Origin: a virus
Lineage: Duplodnaviria; Caudoviricetes
Reading direction: 5' to 3' (one strand)
Length of the DNA: 52,485 nt
Virus record (IMG/VR): IMGVR_UViG_3300010052_000223
Span: 1-52,485 of that record
Under the pieces are notes generated by a model. That model searched no databases. It saw only the letters and a list, made by a program, of their open reading frames with translations, and was not told the DNA's origin. Positions 36,249 through 45,693 of the stretch are shown here, in pieces (within the stretch, counting starts at the first letter, position 1; each line of letters opens with the position of its first letter). The position numbers were made by a program, and so were the translations under genes.

Positions 36249-36752
36249 ATGGAACCTTCGAGCCTTGCGGACTGGATTGCAGCTGGAGCTGGGGTGGCGA
36301 CCGCGATGATCGCGCTGCCCACGGCCTACCTCTTGCTCAAGGACCGCTCCGCCCAGAACAGTCGCCGCATCTTTGCAACCTGCCGCGATACGTTCCGGGG
36401 AGCGCTGTGGGTTTCCCTGTACTTCCGCACCGAGGACGAAGCAGAGGCGCTGATGGCCACCGTTCGAACCATCTCGCCGAAGGGTGCCGTGGTCCGAGAG
36501 GAAGATGTCACGGCCTACGACCCTCGCACCGGAACTTCTCGGGTCGTAGAGACCGCTCCCGAAGGTCAACGCCAGTTGGATATTGCGCTGAGCCATCACG
36601 AGGCGCGCTCGACCGGCTTGATGCGAGCGGAATTCAAGGTCGAAGGGCCGGGAGGATCAATCTCGGCAGCCGTTTTGAAAGTGACCGTCTGGGCTTCGCC
36701 GTCCAAGACCCGCCTGGCGAGCCGGAAGATCGCAATCAGCGCCAGCAGCTGA
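36249..36752 (+). CDS. Moron-like single-pass membrane protein (antisense to the cro operon)
   Basis: LADWIAAGAGVATAMIALPTAYLLL helix followed by a soluble domain. Confidence 0.55.
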   Translation: MEPSSLADWIAAGAGVATAMIALPTAYLLLKDRSAQNSRRIFATCRDTFRGALWVSLYFRTEDEAEALMATVRTISPKGAVVREEDVTAYDPRTGTSRVVETAPEGQRQLDIALSHHEARSTGLMRAEFKVEGPGGSISAAVLKVTVWASPSKTRLASRKIAISASS

Positions 36753-36837
36753 GCCCAGCCCATGCCGATCACGGCAAACGTAAGCACGAGGATCGCTCGG
36801 GCCTCGGTGAACTCTGGGAGTTGGACGGCGGCCACGG

Positions 36838-37059
36838 TCAGGCGGCCTTGGGGGCCGCGGACACATTTACCGCAATAGCGTGCTTGTCCGCCGCTGCGAC
36901 CAGCTTTTCGAAAGTCACAATCGACTTGGGGCGCCAACCGCGCGCCTTCCAGTCCGCCGCGGTCGTGTACGGGATCTCAGCCTCGCGCGCGAGTTCAGGC
37001 AAACCGATGGCGTCGGCGACCTGGTCGATGCGCTGGATAGCCTGTTCGAGCTCGTTCAT
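36838..37059 (-). CDS. Cro-like repressor
   Basis: IGLPELAREAEIPYTTAADW HTH; divergent from the cI-like gene. Confidence 0.8.
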   Translation of the reverse strand: MNELEQAIQRIDQVADAIGLPELAREAEIPYTTAADWKARGWRPKSIVTFEKLVAAADKHAIAVNVSAAPKAA

Positions 37060-37069
37060 GCGCGAAATC

Positions 37070-37131
37070 TACGATTTTTCGCAGATCACGCAACCGAAAA
37101 CTACGAAACTTCGGAATTACGGAAATTCGTA
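37070..37131. promoter_or_regulatory. OR-like operator cluster: three TACGA-N4-TCGTA-type sites
   Basis: TACGATTTTTCGCA (37070), TACGAAACTTCGGA (37102) and TACGGAAATTCGTA (37118) between cro and cI. Confidence 0.8.
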
Positions 37132-37151
37132 TTTTCGGTCAGACCTTAGGA

Positions 37152-37682
37152 ATGGGCGACCTCGTGCGAAAGCGACATGCGAACTATCTCGCCTGGCTCA
37201 AGGCGAAAGAGCTCAATGCCAACCGGCTCCACAAGCTGACCGGCATTCCGTACTCGACGCTCAACTCCTACGAAAAGAAGCCCGAGGCCAGCCTATCGGG
37301 GGCGCATGAAGCACAAATTGCAGCGTCCACTCGTTCGACCGTCGAAGAGATATTCGGCGCGCCTGAGCTTCCGCCAGAAGAACGGGAGCCAAACTTCGTC
37401 GCTGAGTGGCGGGCGTTTTCCGAACTGACTGTCGAAGACTTCGCAGCACGCCTGTCAGTTCCCGTTAACATTGTCCTACAACTCGAGAACGGTGAGATAT
37501 CCCTCTCCGCCAAGTGGGCTAGACGTATCGCCGATGCCGTCGGCACTAAGCCAGGCTTCATCTACCACTCCCCTGCCGACGTTGATGCCAATCCAATAGC
37601 GCTCGCGTCAGCGCTGCCCGAGCAGTTGAAGCCCCAAGCAGCGAGAGTCTTGAAAGCACTAGGCACCGGGACGGACGGATAG
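37152..37682 (+). CDS. CI-like repressor with two XRE HTH domains
   Basis: LNANRLHKLTGIPYSTLNSYE and LTVEDFAARLSVPVNIVLQLENG; no S24 peptidase domain seen. Confidence 0.8.
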   Translation: MGDLVRKRHANYLAWLKAKELNANRLHKLTGIPYSTLNSYEKKPEASLSGAHEAQIAASTRSTVEEIFGAPELPPEEREPNFVAEWRAFSELTVEDFAARLSVPVNIVLQLENGEISLSAKWARRIADAVGTKPGFIYHSPADVDANPIALASALPEQLKPQAARVLKALGTGTDG

Positions 37683-37687
37683 CATCC

Positions 37688-38395
37688 ATGAATTTGTTGC
37701 GGATGGCGGCATCGGCCGTGGCACTTGGCTCGATGCTCCAACCAGGCTTCGCCATTGGATCTGAGCGAGTCACCATCGACCGCAGCTTTCCTGTGGAGAA
37801 TGTCGAGACCGAAGTTGAAGTAGGTCAGGCCATGCTTACGCGCGAACAGATGGTCGCTAGCCCCACCATTAGGCTTGGCCAGCAAATCATTTCGGCAAGC
37901 GCACTCGGAAACAAGATCGTGCTGCCCGCTGGGGATTACATCTTGGTCGCCCGAACTGAGAAGGGTTCGTATTACCAATCTCAATCCGGCGTCGTCTTGC
38001 GAAGCCTCGGCATTTCAACAACCTGGCCGAAAGGCGGGATCTTTCTTTCACCAGGGCCGGACTCGACCGCTTCGGCTTACTGGGAGAATGATTTTGGCAT
38101 GAGGGCGCGAGGAGCCCTCGATCATCCGCAAGTTTCCGAAGTCCCTACCAATGAACTATCCGGCACCGGCTTTCGGTCGCAGTTGATCTACGCAGGCACA
38201 ACAAAAGGCGCGATTTCGATCACCTACCGTGAATTCAAGAACGAATTCGCAAGGCCAGCCTTCTCCACCGACCTGACATACGACCTTAGCGAAGGTGAAG
38301 AGGTCGGATTTCGCGGAGCTCGAATCCGCGTGCTGAGCGCTACGAACACCACAATTCGCTACGTAGTGATCAAGCCGATGACCTTGCCTCAGTAG
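37688..38395 (+). CDS. Secreted/periplasmic hypothetical protein co-transcribed with the repressor
   Basis: Signal-peptide-like N-terminus; LIYAG...ITYREF...ARPAFS.DLTYDL motif. Confidence 0.7.
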   Translation: MNLLRMAASAVALGSMLQPGFAIGSERVTIDRSFPVENVETEVEVGQAMLTREQMVASPTIRLGQQIISASALGNKIVLPAGDYILVARTEKGSYYQSQSGVVLRSLGISTTWPKGGIFLSPGPDSTASAYWENDFGMRARGALDHPQVSEVPTNELSGTGFRSQLIYAGTTKGAISITYREFKNEFARPAFSTDLTYDLSEGEEVGFRGARIRVLSATNTTIRYVVIKPMTLPQ

Positions 38396-38630
38396 GCTCC
38401 TTCGCCCCATCGACGGGCACTTTGCCAGCGGAAGCTATCAAAACTGGCTCGCTGCGCACGTCATACTCGGGGACGACCTCCTGTTGGAAAAGCACCGCGC
38501 CGCAAGCCTTTCTCGCGAGTAGTACAAAGCAGCGGCGCGCTTCAGTTTCGCTGCTGAATTGCAGCGGCACGGCGACACCACAATCTCGATCCCTGAAGAC
38601 CTGCACACAGAACACTTGTCGGCTGCCCAA
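38370..38630 (-). CDS. Hypothetical protein, 86 aa
   Basis: ORF only, convergent with the previous gene. Confidence 0.4.
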   Translation of the reverse strand: MGSRQVFCVQVFRDRDCGVAVPLQFSSETEARRCFVLLARKACGAVLFQQEVVPEYDVRSEPVLIASAGKVPVDGAKEPTEARSSA

Positions 38631-38732
38631 GGTGTTGACCTCCCAATTCGTTAACGAGTGATTCCCGGTCGAAGCGTCACTGTCCAGATCGCACGGAGGC
38701 GGGTGCGTCCGCGAATGACGCCGACATCAACC

Positions 38733-38777
38733 TACGATATTTCGGATATTTCCTCTTTCCATCTACGATTTTTCGTA
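38733..38777. promoter_or_regulatory. OL-like operator pair and early rightward promoter region
   Basis: TACGATATTTCGGA (38733) and TACGATTTTTCGTA (38764); ATCTACGATTTTTCG is identical to 37067-37081. Confidence 0.8.
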
Positions 38778-38806
38778 TATCGTCTCTCCAACAACGGAGG
38801 GACGAC

Positions 38807-39298
38807 ATGTCCGGCACCACCAGTTTCACGGTCGTTGGCGGCAAGGATGCGGAGGCGTTCGGCGCCGAGCTCAAGCGCCAGCGCGACCTCGATGCGTTCA
38901 AGGTCGCCGACTTCCGGCGTGAGGCCACTCGGCGCCGCGGTGTAGCCTTCTCGGGGTCGTCTCCGCTGGAGCAGCCGAAGGAGCGCACCGAAGAGGAACT
39001 GCTGACCGCGGCCAAGGTCGCTTTCAGCATCCGCAAGCAGGTCGCCGAGTCCTCGCGTGGCCGGTTCATGCAGGCCGTTGCGAACCTTCAGAAGCCGGGC
39101 GGGCTGTACGCCTACGAGGCCGAGATCGCCCGCAAGGCCTTCCATCGCTCCAACCAATTCGACCCTGACGGCCCGAGCTTCCAACACGAGGTCGGCGTCG
39201 CTCTTGAGGCGCTGCATGCGGTCCCTGGCGCCGATGCCGGCGAGGCCCGGCTGGCGCTGGCTGAGCTGCTGATGCAACCGGTTCGGGAGGCGGCGTGA
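38807..39298 (+). CDS. First early-operon protein, hypothetical
   Basis: GGAGGG RBS; directly after the operators. Confidence 0.75.
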   Translation: MSGTTSFTVVGGKDAEAFGAELKRQRDLDAFKVADFRREATRRRGVAFSGSSPLEQPKERTEEELLTAAKVAFSIRKQVAESSRGRFMQAVANLQKPGGLYAYEAEIARKAFHRSNQFDPDGPSFQHEVGVALEALHAVPGADAGEARLALAELLMQPVREAA

Positions 39299-39423
39299 TG
39301 CGTCACCCCACGCCCTCCCCGCTCGCCCGTTTGGCTTACGAGGCCGTGACGCTCCTGATCCTCGCCGCTAGCCTACACCAACTCGTTTGGTGGCTGGGCG
39401 CTGGCGTCGACGCTCTCCGCTGA
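39298..39423 (+). CDS. Small hydrophobic peptide, 41 aa (not in the ORF track)
   Basis: TGATG overlap with GGAGG upstream; MRHPTPSPLARLAYEAVTLLILAASLHQLVWWLGAGVDALR. Confidence 0.45.
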   Translation: MRHPTPSPLARLAYEAVTLLILAASLHQLVWWLGAGVDALR

Positions 39424-39434
39424 GCATTTCGCAC

Positions 39435-39716
39435 ATGAACGCCCGCACAAAAGCCGCCGTCCTGGCCGTCGTCGCGACGGAAACTCAGTCGCCCCTTGCT
39501 GACCGGATCGCCCGGCTGCAGCGGGAAGCCCGCACCCTGGCCGCCCAGCACGTCGATCAACTCGTCGCCGCCATGGCCGAGGTCGAGCGTCTCGCCGGTG
39601 AGATCGTCGATGCCGGCTCGCTCCATCAACCCGGGGTTCGCGAAGTCGCTCGCCGGCTGGCTGACGACTTGGCCGCACAGGCGCAGACCATCGCGGCGAT
39701 CAGGGGGCGGGGATGA
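39435..39716 (+). CDS. Hypothetical helical protein
   Basis: Start re-set to MNARTK; ATGA overlap downstream. Confidence 0.6.
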   Translation: MNARTKAAVLAVVATETQSPLADRIARLQREARTLAAQHVDQLVAAMAEVERLAGEIVDAGSLHQPGVREVARRLADDLAAQAQTIAAIRGRG

Positions 39717-39922
39717 TCCAACTAGCCCCCTACGAACACGACGCTATGCGCTGGATCGTCGGCGCGGGAGCAGATGGCTACGTCCTCGACGGCCGGAGTG
39801 TCCGGCTCTCGACGGCGATCCGACTGGAAATGGCCGGGATGGCTCGGCTTGAAAACGGCGGGCGGATCAAGGTCTACGCGACCGCCCAGGGCCGCGCCTT
39901 CCACTTCAGGAGCGCAGCGTGA
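39713..39922 (+). CDS. Hypothetical protein, 69 aa
   Basis: Coupled on both sides. Confidence 0.6.
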   Translation: MIQLAPYEHDAMRWIVGAGADGYVLDGRSVRLSTAIRLEMAGMARLENGGRIKVYATAQGRAFHFRSAA

Positions 39923-40938
39923 AGACCCTCCCCGATGGCGTCTACGTCGGCCTCAAGGACGAAGCCTACTTCGCCCAGGACCGGCTCGGCTCGACCGATC
40001 TGACGGTCCTGCACAACAGGCCCGCGGACTGGTTCTACGGTTCGCGCCACAACCCCTATCGCCCCGAGCGCGAGGCGACCGAGGAGATGGAGTTCGGCTC
40101 CGCTCTTCACGTTCTGCTGCTCGAGGGTGAGGATGCCTACAAGGCAAAGGTGATCCTACGGCCGGCCGAGTATCCGGTGACCGACCGAAAAGGCATCGAG
40201 ACCGGCGAGTTGAAGCCGTGGAACGGCAATGCCACGTGGTGCAAGGACTGGCTCGAAGAGCACCAGGCGCCCGGCGTCGTGATCCTGACCGAGGACGCCA
40301 ATCGTCGCGTCCGCCACATGGCCGAGCTGGTCCGCAACCACCCCGAACTCGGCGCGCCGATGCAGGCGGGCCTCTCCGAAGTTTCGGTGCTCTTCACCAC
40401 GAGCGACGGCATCAGGATGCGGGCGCGCTTCGACAAGCTGCTGCCCCGTTTCGTCTGCGATCTGAAGACCTTCGGCGGTGACGCCAAGGGCCGCACCGTG
40501 AAGGAGCAATGCCTCGCACTGGTCGCTCAGCGGCACATGGACGTCCAGCGCTACCTCTACTTCCAGGCCCGCCAGCTGATGGGGTCACTGAAAGTCTACG
40601 GCGCCACCCCAGCGCAGGCCGACTGGCTTCGCAAGGTCGCCGCCGTCGAAGACTGGCAGTGGTGCTGGATCTTCTACCGGCGCCGCGACGACAAGGCAGG
40701 GTACGCCCCCATCGTCAAGCCGATTATGCGCTCCCACTTCGATGCATCATTCGAGAGCGGGCGTCAGAAGGTCGAAGTCGCCCTCGCGAATTACCGCACC
40801 TTCCGCGACCGCTTCGGCTTCGAGGTTCCATGGGCCGTCGTCGAGCCCGCCGAGGAACCGCTCGATCACGAGTTCCCATCGTGGCTCGGGAATGTCTCCG
40901 AACCCGTCACCTTCCCCGAACACAAGGATGCCGCCTGA
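39919..40938 (+). CDS. RecE-like PD-(D/E)xK exonuclease (DUF3799-type)
   Basis: MEFGSALHVLLLEG, SEVSV, RARFDKL and CDLKT motifs; upstream of RecT. Confidence 0.85.
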   Translation: MKTLPDGVYVGLKDEAYFAQDRLGSTDLTVLHNRPADWFYGSRHNPYRPEREATEEMEFGSALHVLLLEGEDAYKAKVILRPAEYPVTDRKGIETGELKPWNGNATWCKDWLEEHQAPGVVILTEDANRRVRHMAELVRNHPELGAPMQAGLSEVSVLFTTSDGIRMRARFDKLLPRFVCDLKTFGGDAKGRTVKEQCLALVAQRHMDVQRYLYFQARQLMGSLKVYGATPAQADWLRKVAAVEDWQWCWIFYRRRDDKAGYAPIVKPIMRSHFDASFESGRQKVEVALANYRTFRDRFGFEVPWAVVEPAEEPLDHEFPSWLGNVSEPVTFPEHKDAA

Positions 40939-42053
40939 TGGCCGCCCAAGCCCAGCAGAGCTCAGTCGCGAGGATCGATAGCGCGCCATCGTCGCTGAGT
41001 ACCGACGTGCGGCGGATGGAGAAGCAGTTCGCTCTCGCGCTTCCGGAACACGTCAGCCCTGAACGTTTCGTGCGGGTCGTGGTGACTGCCGTTCAATCAA
41101 ACCCCGACCTTCAGAAGGCCGACCGTGACTCGGTGCTCGGCGCTGCGCTGAAGTGCGCGCAAGACGGCCTACTCCCCGACGGGCGTGAAGCGGCGCTGGT
41201 CGTCTACAACACCAAGGTCAAGGATCCCGACAGCGGTCGCGACTTGTGGACCAAGAAGGCTCAGTACCTCCCCATGATCGCTGGGGTGCTGACGAAGGTT
41301 AGGCGCTCCGGTGAGCTGCTCACCATCAGCGCTCATGTCGTCTACGAGAAGGACACCTTCAGCTACACCCTAGGCGACGACGAACGGATCGAGCATCAGC
41401 CATTTCTCGACGGCGCTCGAGGCAAGCCAATTGCCGTGTATGCCGTCGCGAAGACGAAAGATGGCGGCATCTACCGGGAGGTGATGTCGGTCGCCCAGGT
41501 CGAGCAGGTCCGTGCCGTTAGCAAGGCGAAGGCCAGCGGCCCGTGGGTGGACTGGTGGGACGAAATGGCCCGCAAGTCCGTGCTGCATAGGCTCTCGAAG
41601 CGCCTTCCGATGTCGACGGACCTCCAGCAGGTCTTCCGGCGCGACGAGGATCACTACGATTTCCGCCAGCAAGCCGCCGGCGCCGCCACTCTGCGCCGCT
41701 TGCACGCCGACTTCGATGAGCATGAAGCGCCGCAGACTGTCGACGTGATGGTCGTGGAAGACGTGCCTGCGGACGCGCCACCGGCGGATCAGGCTGGCTC
41801 GACGGACCTCCCCGAAGGCGTCACCCGCGGTTCCGACATCAAGACAGACGCCGAATGGTCCGAGATCCTGTTGGCTGACCTGCGTGCGGCGGCAGCATCG
41901 GGCGACAAGCGCGCTCTGGAGGAAATCTGGGGCAAGGCCACTGGCCTGCGCAATCGGCTCGACAAGTCCGATCCGGAGCGCCTCGCCGAGGTGGAGCAGG
42001 CCTTTCAGCAGTGCTTCCTCGACGCCGAAGACGCCGCCAAGGAGCAAGGCTGA
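40938..42053 (+). CDS. recT: RecT-family recombinase
   Basis: Start re-set to MAAQAQ (TGATG overlap); ALPEHVSPERFVR, AQDGLLPDGREAALV and GPWVDWWDEMARKSV motifs. Confidence 0.93.
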   Translation: MAAQAQQSSVARIDSAPSSLSTDVRRMEKQFALALPEHVSPERFVRVVVTAVQSNPDLQKADRDSVLGAALKCAQDGLLPDGREAALVVYNTKVKDPDSGRDLWTKKAQYLPMIAGVLTKVRRSGELLTISAHVVYEKDTFSYTLGDDERIEHQPFLDGARGKPIAVYAVAKTKDGGIYREVMSVAQVEQVRAVSKAKASGPWVDWWDEMARKSVLHRLSKRLPMSTDLQQVFRRDEDHYDFRQQAAGAATLRRLHADFDEHEAPQTVDVMVVEDVPADAPPADQAGSTDLPEGVTRGSDIKTDAEWSEILLADLRAAAASGDKRALEEIWGKATGLRNRLDKSDPERLAEVEQAFQQCFLDAEDAAKEQG

Positions 42054-42760
42054 TGCCCCGGATTCGCGTGATCGACTTCGAAACCACTGGCACCGAGGCC
42101 GACGCTGAGGTCTGCGAGGTCGGCTGGTGCGACATCGCGCTGACCGATGGCGCCTGGGTGGTCGCAGGTCAGGGCTCCTACCTCTGCGGCGTGCAGTCGA
42201 TGCCGCCCGAGGTGCGTGCGGTCCATCACCTCTCGCTGGCCGATGTGGCAGGCCAGCCGCGCTTCGATCCGGCCTCACTCTGGGAACATGCGAAGGCCGC
42301 CGGCGTCGACGTCGTCAGCGCCCATAACCTTGCCTTCGAGGCGCAGTTTTGGGGGGAGAGCCCAGTTCCCCTGATCTGCACCTACAAGGCCGCCCTGCGC
42401 GCCTGGCCAGAAGCACCGGCCCATTCCAATGGAGTGCTCCGCTACTGGCTGGAAGAAGCTGGCCGGATCGCTCCGATCCACGACCTCACCATGCCCCCGC
42501 ATCGTGCGGGCCCAGACGCCTATGTCACCGCGCACATCCTGATCGCACTCCTCGGCACGGAGAGCGCGAACGACATGGCCCGCTGGACCAAGGAACCCTG
42601 CGTCTTCCCCACCTGCCCGATCGGCAAGGAGTGGCGCGGCAAGCGCTGGGCGGAAGTCGATCGCGGCTTCCTCGAGTGGATGCTGCGGCAAACCGACATG
42701 GACCCTGATCTCAAATGGAACGCTCGGCGCGAGTTGGAGCGGCGGAGCTTCGCCCAATGA
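42053..42760 (+). CDS. DEDDh 3'-5' exonuclease (ExoX-like)
   Basis: VIDFETTG, AHNLAFE, ICTYKAA and HRAGPDAYVT motifs. Confidence 0.88.
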   Translation: MPRIRVIDFETTGTEADAEVCEVGWCDIALTDGAWVVAGQGSYLCGVQSMPPEVRAVHHLSLADVAGQPRFDPASLWEHAKAAGVDVVSAHNLAFEAQFWGESPVPLICTYKAALRAWPEAPAHSNGVLRYWLEEAGRIAPIHDLTMPPHRAGPDAYVTAHILIALLGTESANDMARWTKEPCVFPTCPIGKEWRGKRWAEVDRGFLEWMLRQTDMDPDLKWNARRELERRSFAQ

Positions 42761-43146
42761 ACACGAAGAGCACCCCTGACCCTATCGACCTCTATGTCGG
42801 CAGCCGCCTTCGCCTGCGTCGCAATTTGCTCGCGCAGTCGCAGATGGCGCTCGCCGCGGACCTCCAGATCACCTTCCAGCAGGTCCAGAAGTACGAGCGC
42901 GGCCACAACCGGATCTCAGCCTCGATGCTTCACCGCGCGGCGAGGTCCCAGGGAGTTCCGGTCGCCTTCTACTTCGAGGGCTTGGACGAGCCGGCGGCGC
43001 TGGAACCAGCGGCTGAGGCGAGCGCGGCGGCGACCTGGCTGCGCAGTCCCGAAGCTTGGCCCGTCGCGGAGGCGATGCACGTTCTCCCGCCAGCTACTCA
43101 GCGCGCTGTCATCAATCTCGCGCGCGACCTCGGGGCCCGAGGCTGA
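42757..43146 (+). CDS. XRE-family HTH regulator
   Basis: PDPIDLYVGSRLRLRR...ITFQQVQKYERGHNRISAS. Confidence 0.88.
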   Translation: MNTKSTPDPIDLYVGSRLRLRRNLLAQSQMALAADLQITFQQVQKYERGHNRISASMLHRAARSQGVPVAFYFEGLDEPAALEPAAEASAAATWLRSPEAWPVAEAMHVLPPATQRAVINLARDLGARG

Positions 43147-43433
43147 TGCCCTACTTCTCGCGCGGTGGCCGCACTCACAAAATCCTGGCGAGACTGTCCT
43201 GTGGCCCGACTGGCGTCGGCCAGCTCGGCGGCGCGCTTGGCTATGAGCGCATGACCTACCGGCAATACAAGCGGCTCTGGCGGAAGCTCGACCAGTTGCT
43301 CGACCTCGGCCTCATCGAGAGCAGCAAGCCGTACTTCTTCATTACGAGGGCCGGCCTGGAACGCCTGGCGATCCTCGACCGCGAGAACCCTGCCGAGGGA
43401 ACGAGCGTGCGGGTCTTCGGGAGGGCGGCGTGA
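43146..43433 (+). CDS. Winged-helix-like hypothetical protein
   Basis: LDQLLDLGLIE...ITRAGLERL; TGATG overlap. Confidence 0.6.
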   Translation: MPYFSRGGRTHKILARLSCGPTGVGQLGGALGYERMTYRQYKRLWRKLDQLLDLGLIESSKPYFFITRAGLERLAILDRENPAEGTSVRVFGRAA

Positions 43434-43447
43434 GAAGTCGCGAGCAG

Positions 43448-44104
43448 CTACATCGGACGGATTGCGTCCATGATTGCGTCGATCTCAATCAACTCGTTGT
43501 GGGAGGTCAGCACGCCGTTCTGAAGCCGGCAAAGCTCCTTCTCCAGGAGATACTTGTCAAATGCGAGGCCCTCCAGGCTGACACCGCCTTCGCTAGGGAC
43601 GGTCTCCCATGTTTCGAACTGTTCGAGAGCCGTGAGCCATTTTTGGTAGGTCGCATTGTAGAACGCTACAGCGCGCCGAAGGTTTACTATGGAGATCGCG
43701 GCCTTCCCAGCAGGAAGGTCCAGCAACGGCACCTCGTCGAGTGCTGCCTGTACTGTTTGAAAGTTGGTCGGCGTGAACGTGGCCTTCCCTGCTTCCACGC
43801 CCGACTGCGCCTCTGCGATCGCGTCGACAGCCTGCTTTGCCAAATGCAGCGCTACGCTGATGCGATTGGCATCACTTTCCCAACGGTGGAACTCACTCTG
43901 GCGGAACTGACGGCCTGCGATCCATATCGCCGCCGTGATCGCCGCAATCGAGCCGATAGCCTGCACCCATGCAGCGGTTACTTGGCCAAAGAGGCCATCA
44001 GCGGCGATCGAGCCGCCCAACGCGAAGGCAGCCGCAAGCGTCGAGACCACGCCAACGGTAGCCTTTGGACTGCCCAGCCATTTGAACAAGTCGCCCCAAC
44101 GCAT
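43448..44104 (-). CDS. Moron-like membrane protein (antisense to the early operon)
   Basis: Two hydrophobic helices including AAWVQAIGSIAAITAAIWIA. Confidence 0.65.
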   Translation of the reverse strand: MRWGDLFKWLGSPKATVGVVSTLAAAFALGGSIAADGLFGQVTAAWVQAIGSIAAITAAIWIAGRQFRQSEFHRWESDANRISVALHLAKQAVDAIAEAQSGVEAGKATFTPTNFQTVQAALDEVPLLDLPAGKAAISIVNLRRAVAFYNATYQKWLTALEQFETWETVPSEGGVSLEGLAFDKYLLEKELCRLQNGVLTSHNELIEIDAIMDAIRPM

Positions 44105-44139
44105 GCGTTTGACGCTGCCACGATTCCGGCGAGGCCAGC

Positions 44140-44355
44140 ATGAGCCCCCGCGCCTGCAAAACCTGCCAGTGGTGGAGGCCAATCCCGGCGAGCGGGCCCA
44201 ATGGCGAATGCCGCGCAGCGCCGCCCGCTGTCGACCAGGGCACGAGCGTTTGGCCCACCACGGGAGCCACCGACTGGTGCGGCGCCCACCAGGTCCGCGC
44301 TGATCTCGTCGGCGGCGATGTCCGATCCCCTCGCATTCAGGAGCCCGCAGCGTGA
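44140..44355 (+). CDS. Small Cys-rich protein
   Basis: CKTCQWW...GECRAAPP...DWCGAH; GAGG RBS. Confidence 0.65.
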   Translation: MSPRACKTCQWWRPIPASGPNGECRAAPPAVDQGTSVWPTTGATDWCGAHQVRADLVGGDVRSPRIQEPAA

Positions 44356-44843
44356 CCCGCTACGCCGCCGACACATCGGTTTCTTCCGAGCGCAGCCGCG
44401 CAGAAATCGAGAGCACGCTTCGCCGCTACAAGGCCGACGCCTTCGGCTACCTGTCGGAGCGGGACAGCGCCACGATCATGTTCCGAATGGGCGGACGGCA
44501 CATCAAGTTCATCCTCCCGATGCCAGACCCTGCGAGCAAGGAGTTCACGCACACCCCCGCGCGCGGTGAACGCCGCACCGCCGCGGCCGCCGAGGCCGCC
44601 TGGGAACAGGCCTGTCGCCAACGCTGGCGCGCCTTGGCGCTGGTGATCAAGGCGAAGCTGGAAGCCGTCGCCGCGGGCATTACGACCGTCGAAGACGAGT
44701 TCCTTGCTCACACCGTCCTGCCTGACGGCACGACTGTCGGCGAGTGGGCCAAACCGCAGATCGCCCTCTCCTATCAGTCCGCGCAGATGCCCGACCGGCT
44801 GATGATCGCAGGCCCAGCCCACCAACAAGGATCAGACCAATGA
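44352..44843 (+). CDS. Conserved phage hypothetical protein
   Basis: SRAEIESTLRRY...RWRALALVIKAKLEAV...EDEFLAH. Confidence 0.75.
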   Translation: MTRYAADTSVSSERSRAEIESTLRRYKADAFGYLSERDSATIMFRMGGRHIKFILPMPDPASKEFTHTPARGERRTAAAAEAAWEQACRQRWRALALVIKAKLEAVAAGITTVEDEFLAHTVLPDGTTVGEWAKPQIALSYQSAQMPDRLMIAGPAHQQGSDQ

Positions 44844-45181
44844 GCGGGGGAACCGCACACTGGCGCGACTACGGCCCGTGGGAAGTCGCCGGATCGACTG
44901 TCGTTCGCACGCAGTTCGTTGCCGGTGATCCAAACCGACCGGGTTTCATCATCGCGGACCTGACCGCTTGCCCCCTCGACGGACGCGCTGAGATCGCCCG
45001 CCTGATCGCAGCAGCCCCGCGCCTAGTAAGCGCCGCTGTCCGCTATTTCGCCGCGATGGACGAGCTGCGCGACACGTCGGTCCAGCGCCTGTCGCCTGAT
45101 GATCCTCGCTTCGCTGCCGTCGCTGAAACGCGGGCCGAACTACGAGCCGCCCTCGCTCAAGCTGAAGGGGGAGAAGCATGA
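44840..45181 (+). CDS. Hypothetical early protein (GPW...ARLIAAAP type)
   Basis: Start re-set to MSGGTAH; ATGA overlap. Confidence 0.65.
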   Translation: MSGGTAHWRDYGPWEVAGSTVVRTQFVAGDPNRPGFIIADLTACPLDGRAEIARLIAAAPRLVSAAVRYFAAMDELRDTSVQRLSPDDPRFAAVAETRAELRAALAQAEGGEA

Positions 45182-45693
45182 CCCCCTCCATCCCTACTCC
45201 TGAAGAAGTGGAAGAGGCGGTTGCCAAGGCGCTGCCGCTGCTCAATGGCGCGCTAAGCAACGTGCCCCACGATTTCTTCCGAGATCAACGGATTGTTGGC
45301 TTCCGTGTTCACGAGGACATAGCGGGCCTATCTGAGGGCCTGTTCCTGCTCGAAGCCGTTCGTGTGGCGCTTCGCGCCGTGCCAGGACTCCTCTCCACCA
45401 TCCAGACCCAGGCCTCTGAGATAGAGGGGCTACGCAGCTCGAACGCCGATCTTTACCGCCAAGCCTGTGCGGCCTCGATACGAGCCGGCGAAACCCAATC
45501 CGCCCTCGACGAGGCGCTGGAAGCGATGGAGCCGTTCGCGCGCTTCGTCAAAGCTGGCGGCCTGGGACGAGGAAACCATCTCATCACGTGGACTACTGGC
45601 CCGCTCGGTACAGCGAGCGTCACGGGAGACGACTTCCGCCGCGCCTCCGAAGTCCACTCCCGCCTGACCAATAGGGAGGGTGGTGAAGGATGA
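45178..45693 (+). CDS. Hypothetical early protein
   Basis: Coupled; GGGGAG RBS. Confidence 0.6.
   Translation: MTPSIPTPEEVEEAVAKALPLLNGALSNVPHDFFRDQRIVGFRVHEDIAGLSEGLFLLEAVRVALRAVPGLLSTIQTQASEIEGLRSSNADLYRQACAASIRAGETQSALDEALEAMEPFARFVKAGGLGRGNHLITWTTGPLGTASVTGDDFRRASEVHSRLTNREGGEG

Noticed and set aside
35778-36599. ORFs 35778..36599(-), 35790..36095(+) and 36029..37309(+)
   Set aside because: They conflict with better-supported genes, have low-complexity translations and show no recognisable motifs
38640-38670. CtrA box or CcrM-controlled promoter (TTAAC next to GATTC)
   Set aside because: Only a half-site; no TTAA-N7-TTAA, so too weak to call
40509-40937. 143-codon N-terminal extension of the RecT ORF
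   Set aside because: Arg/Pro-rich off-frame read of the RecE-like gene; the TGATG-coupled ATG at 40938 with an AAGGA RBS fits better
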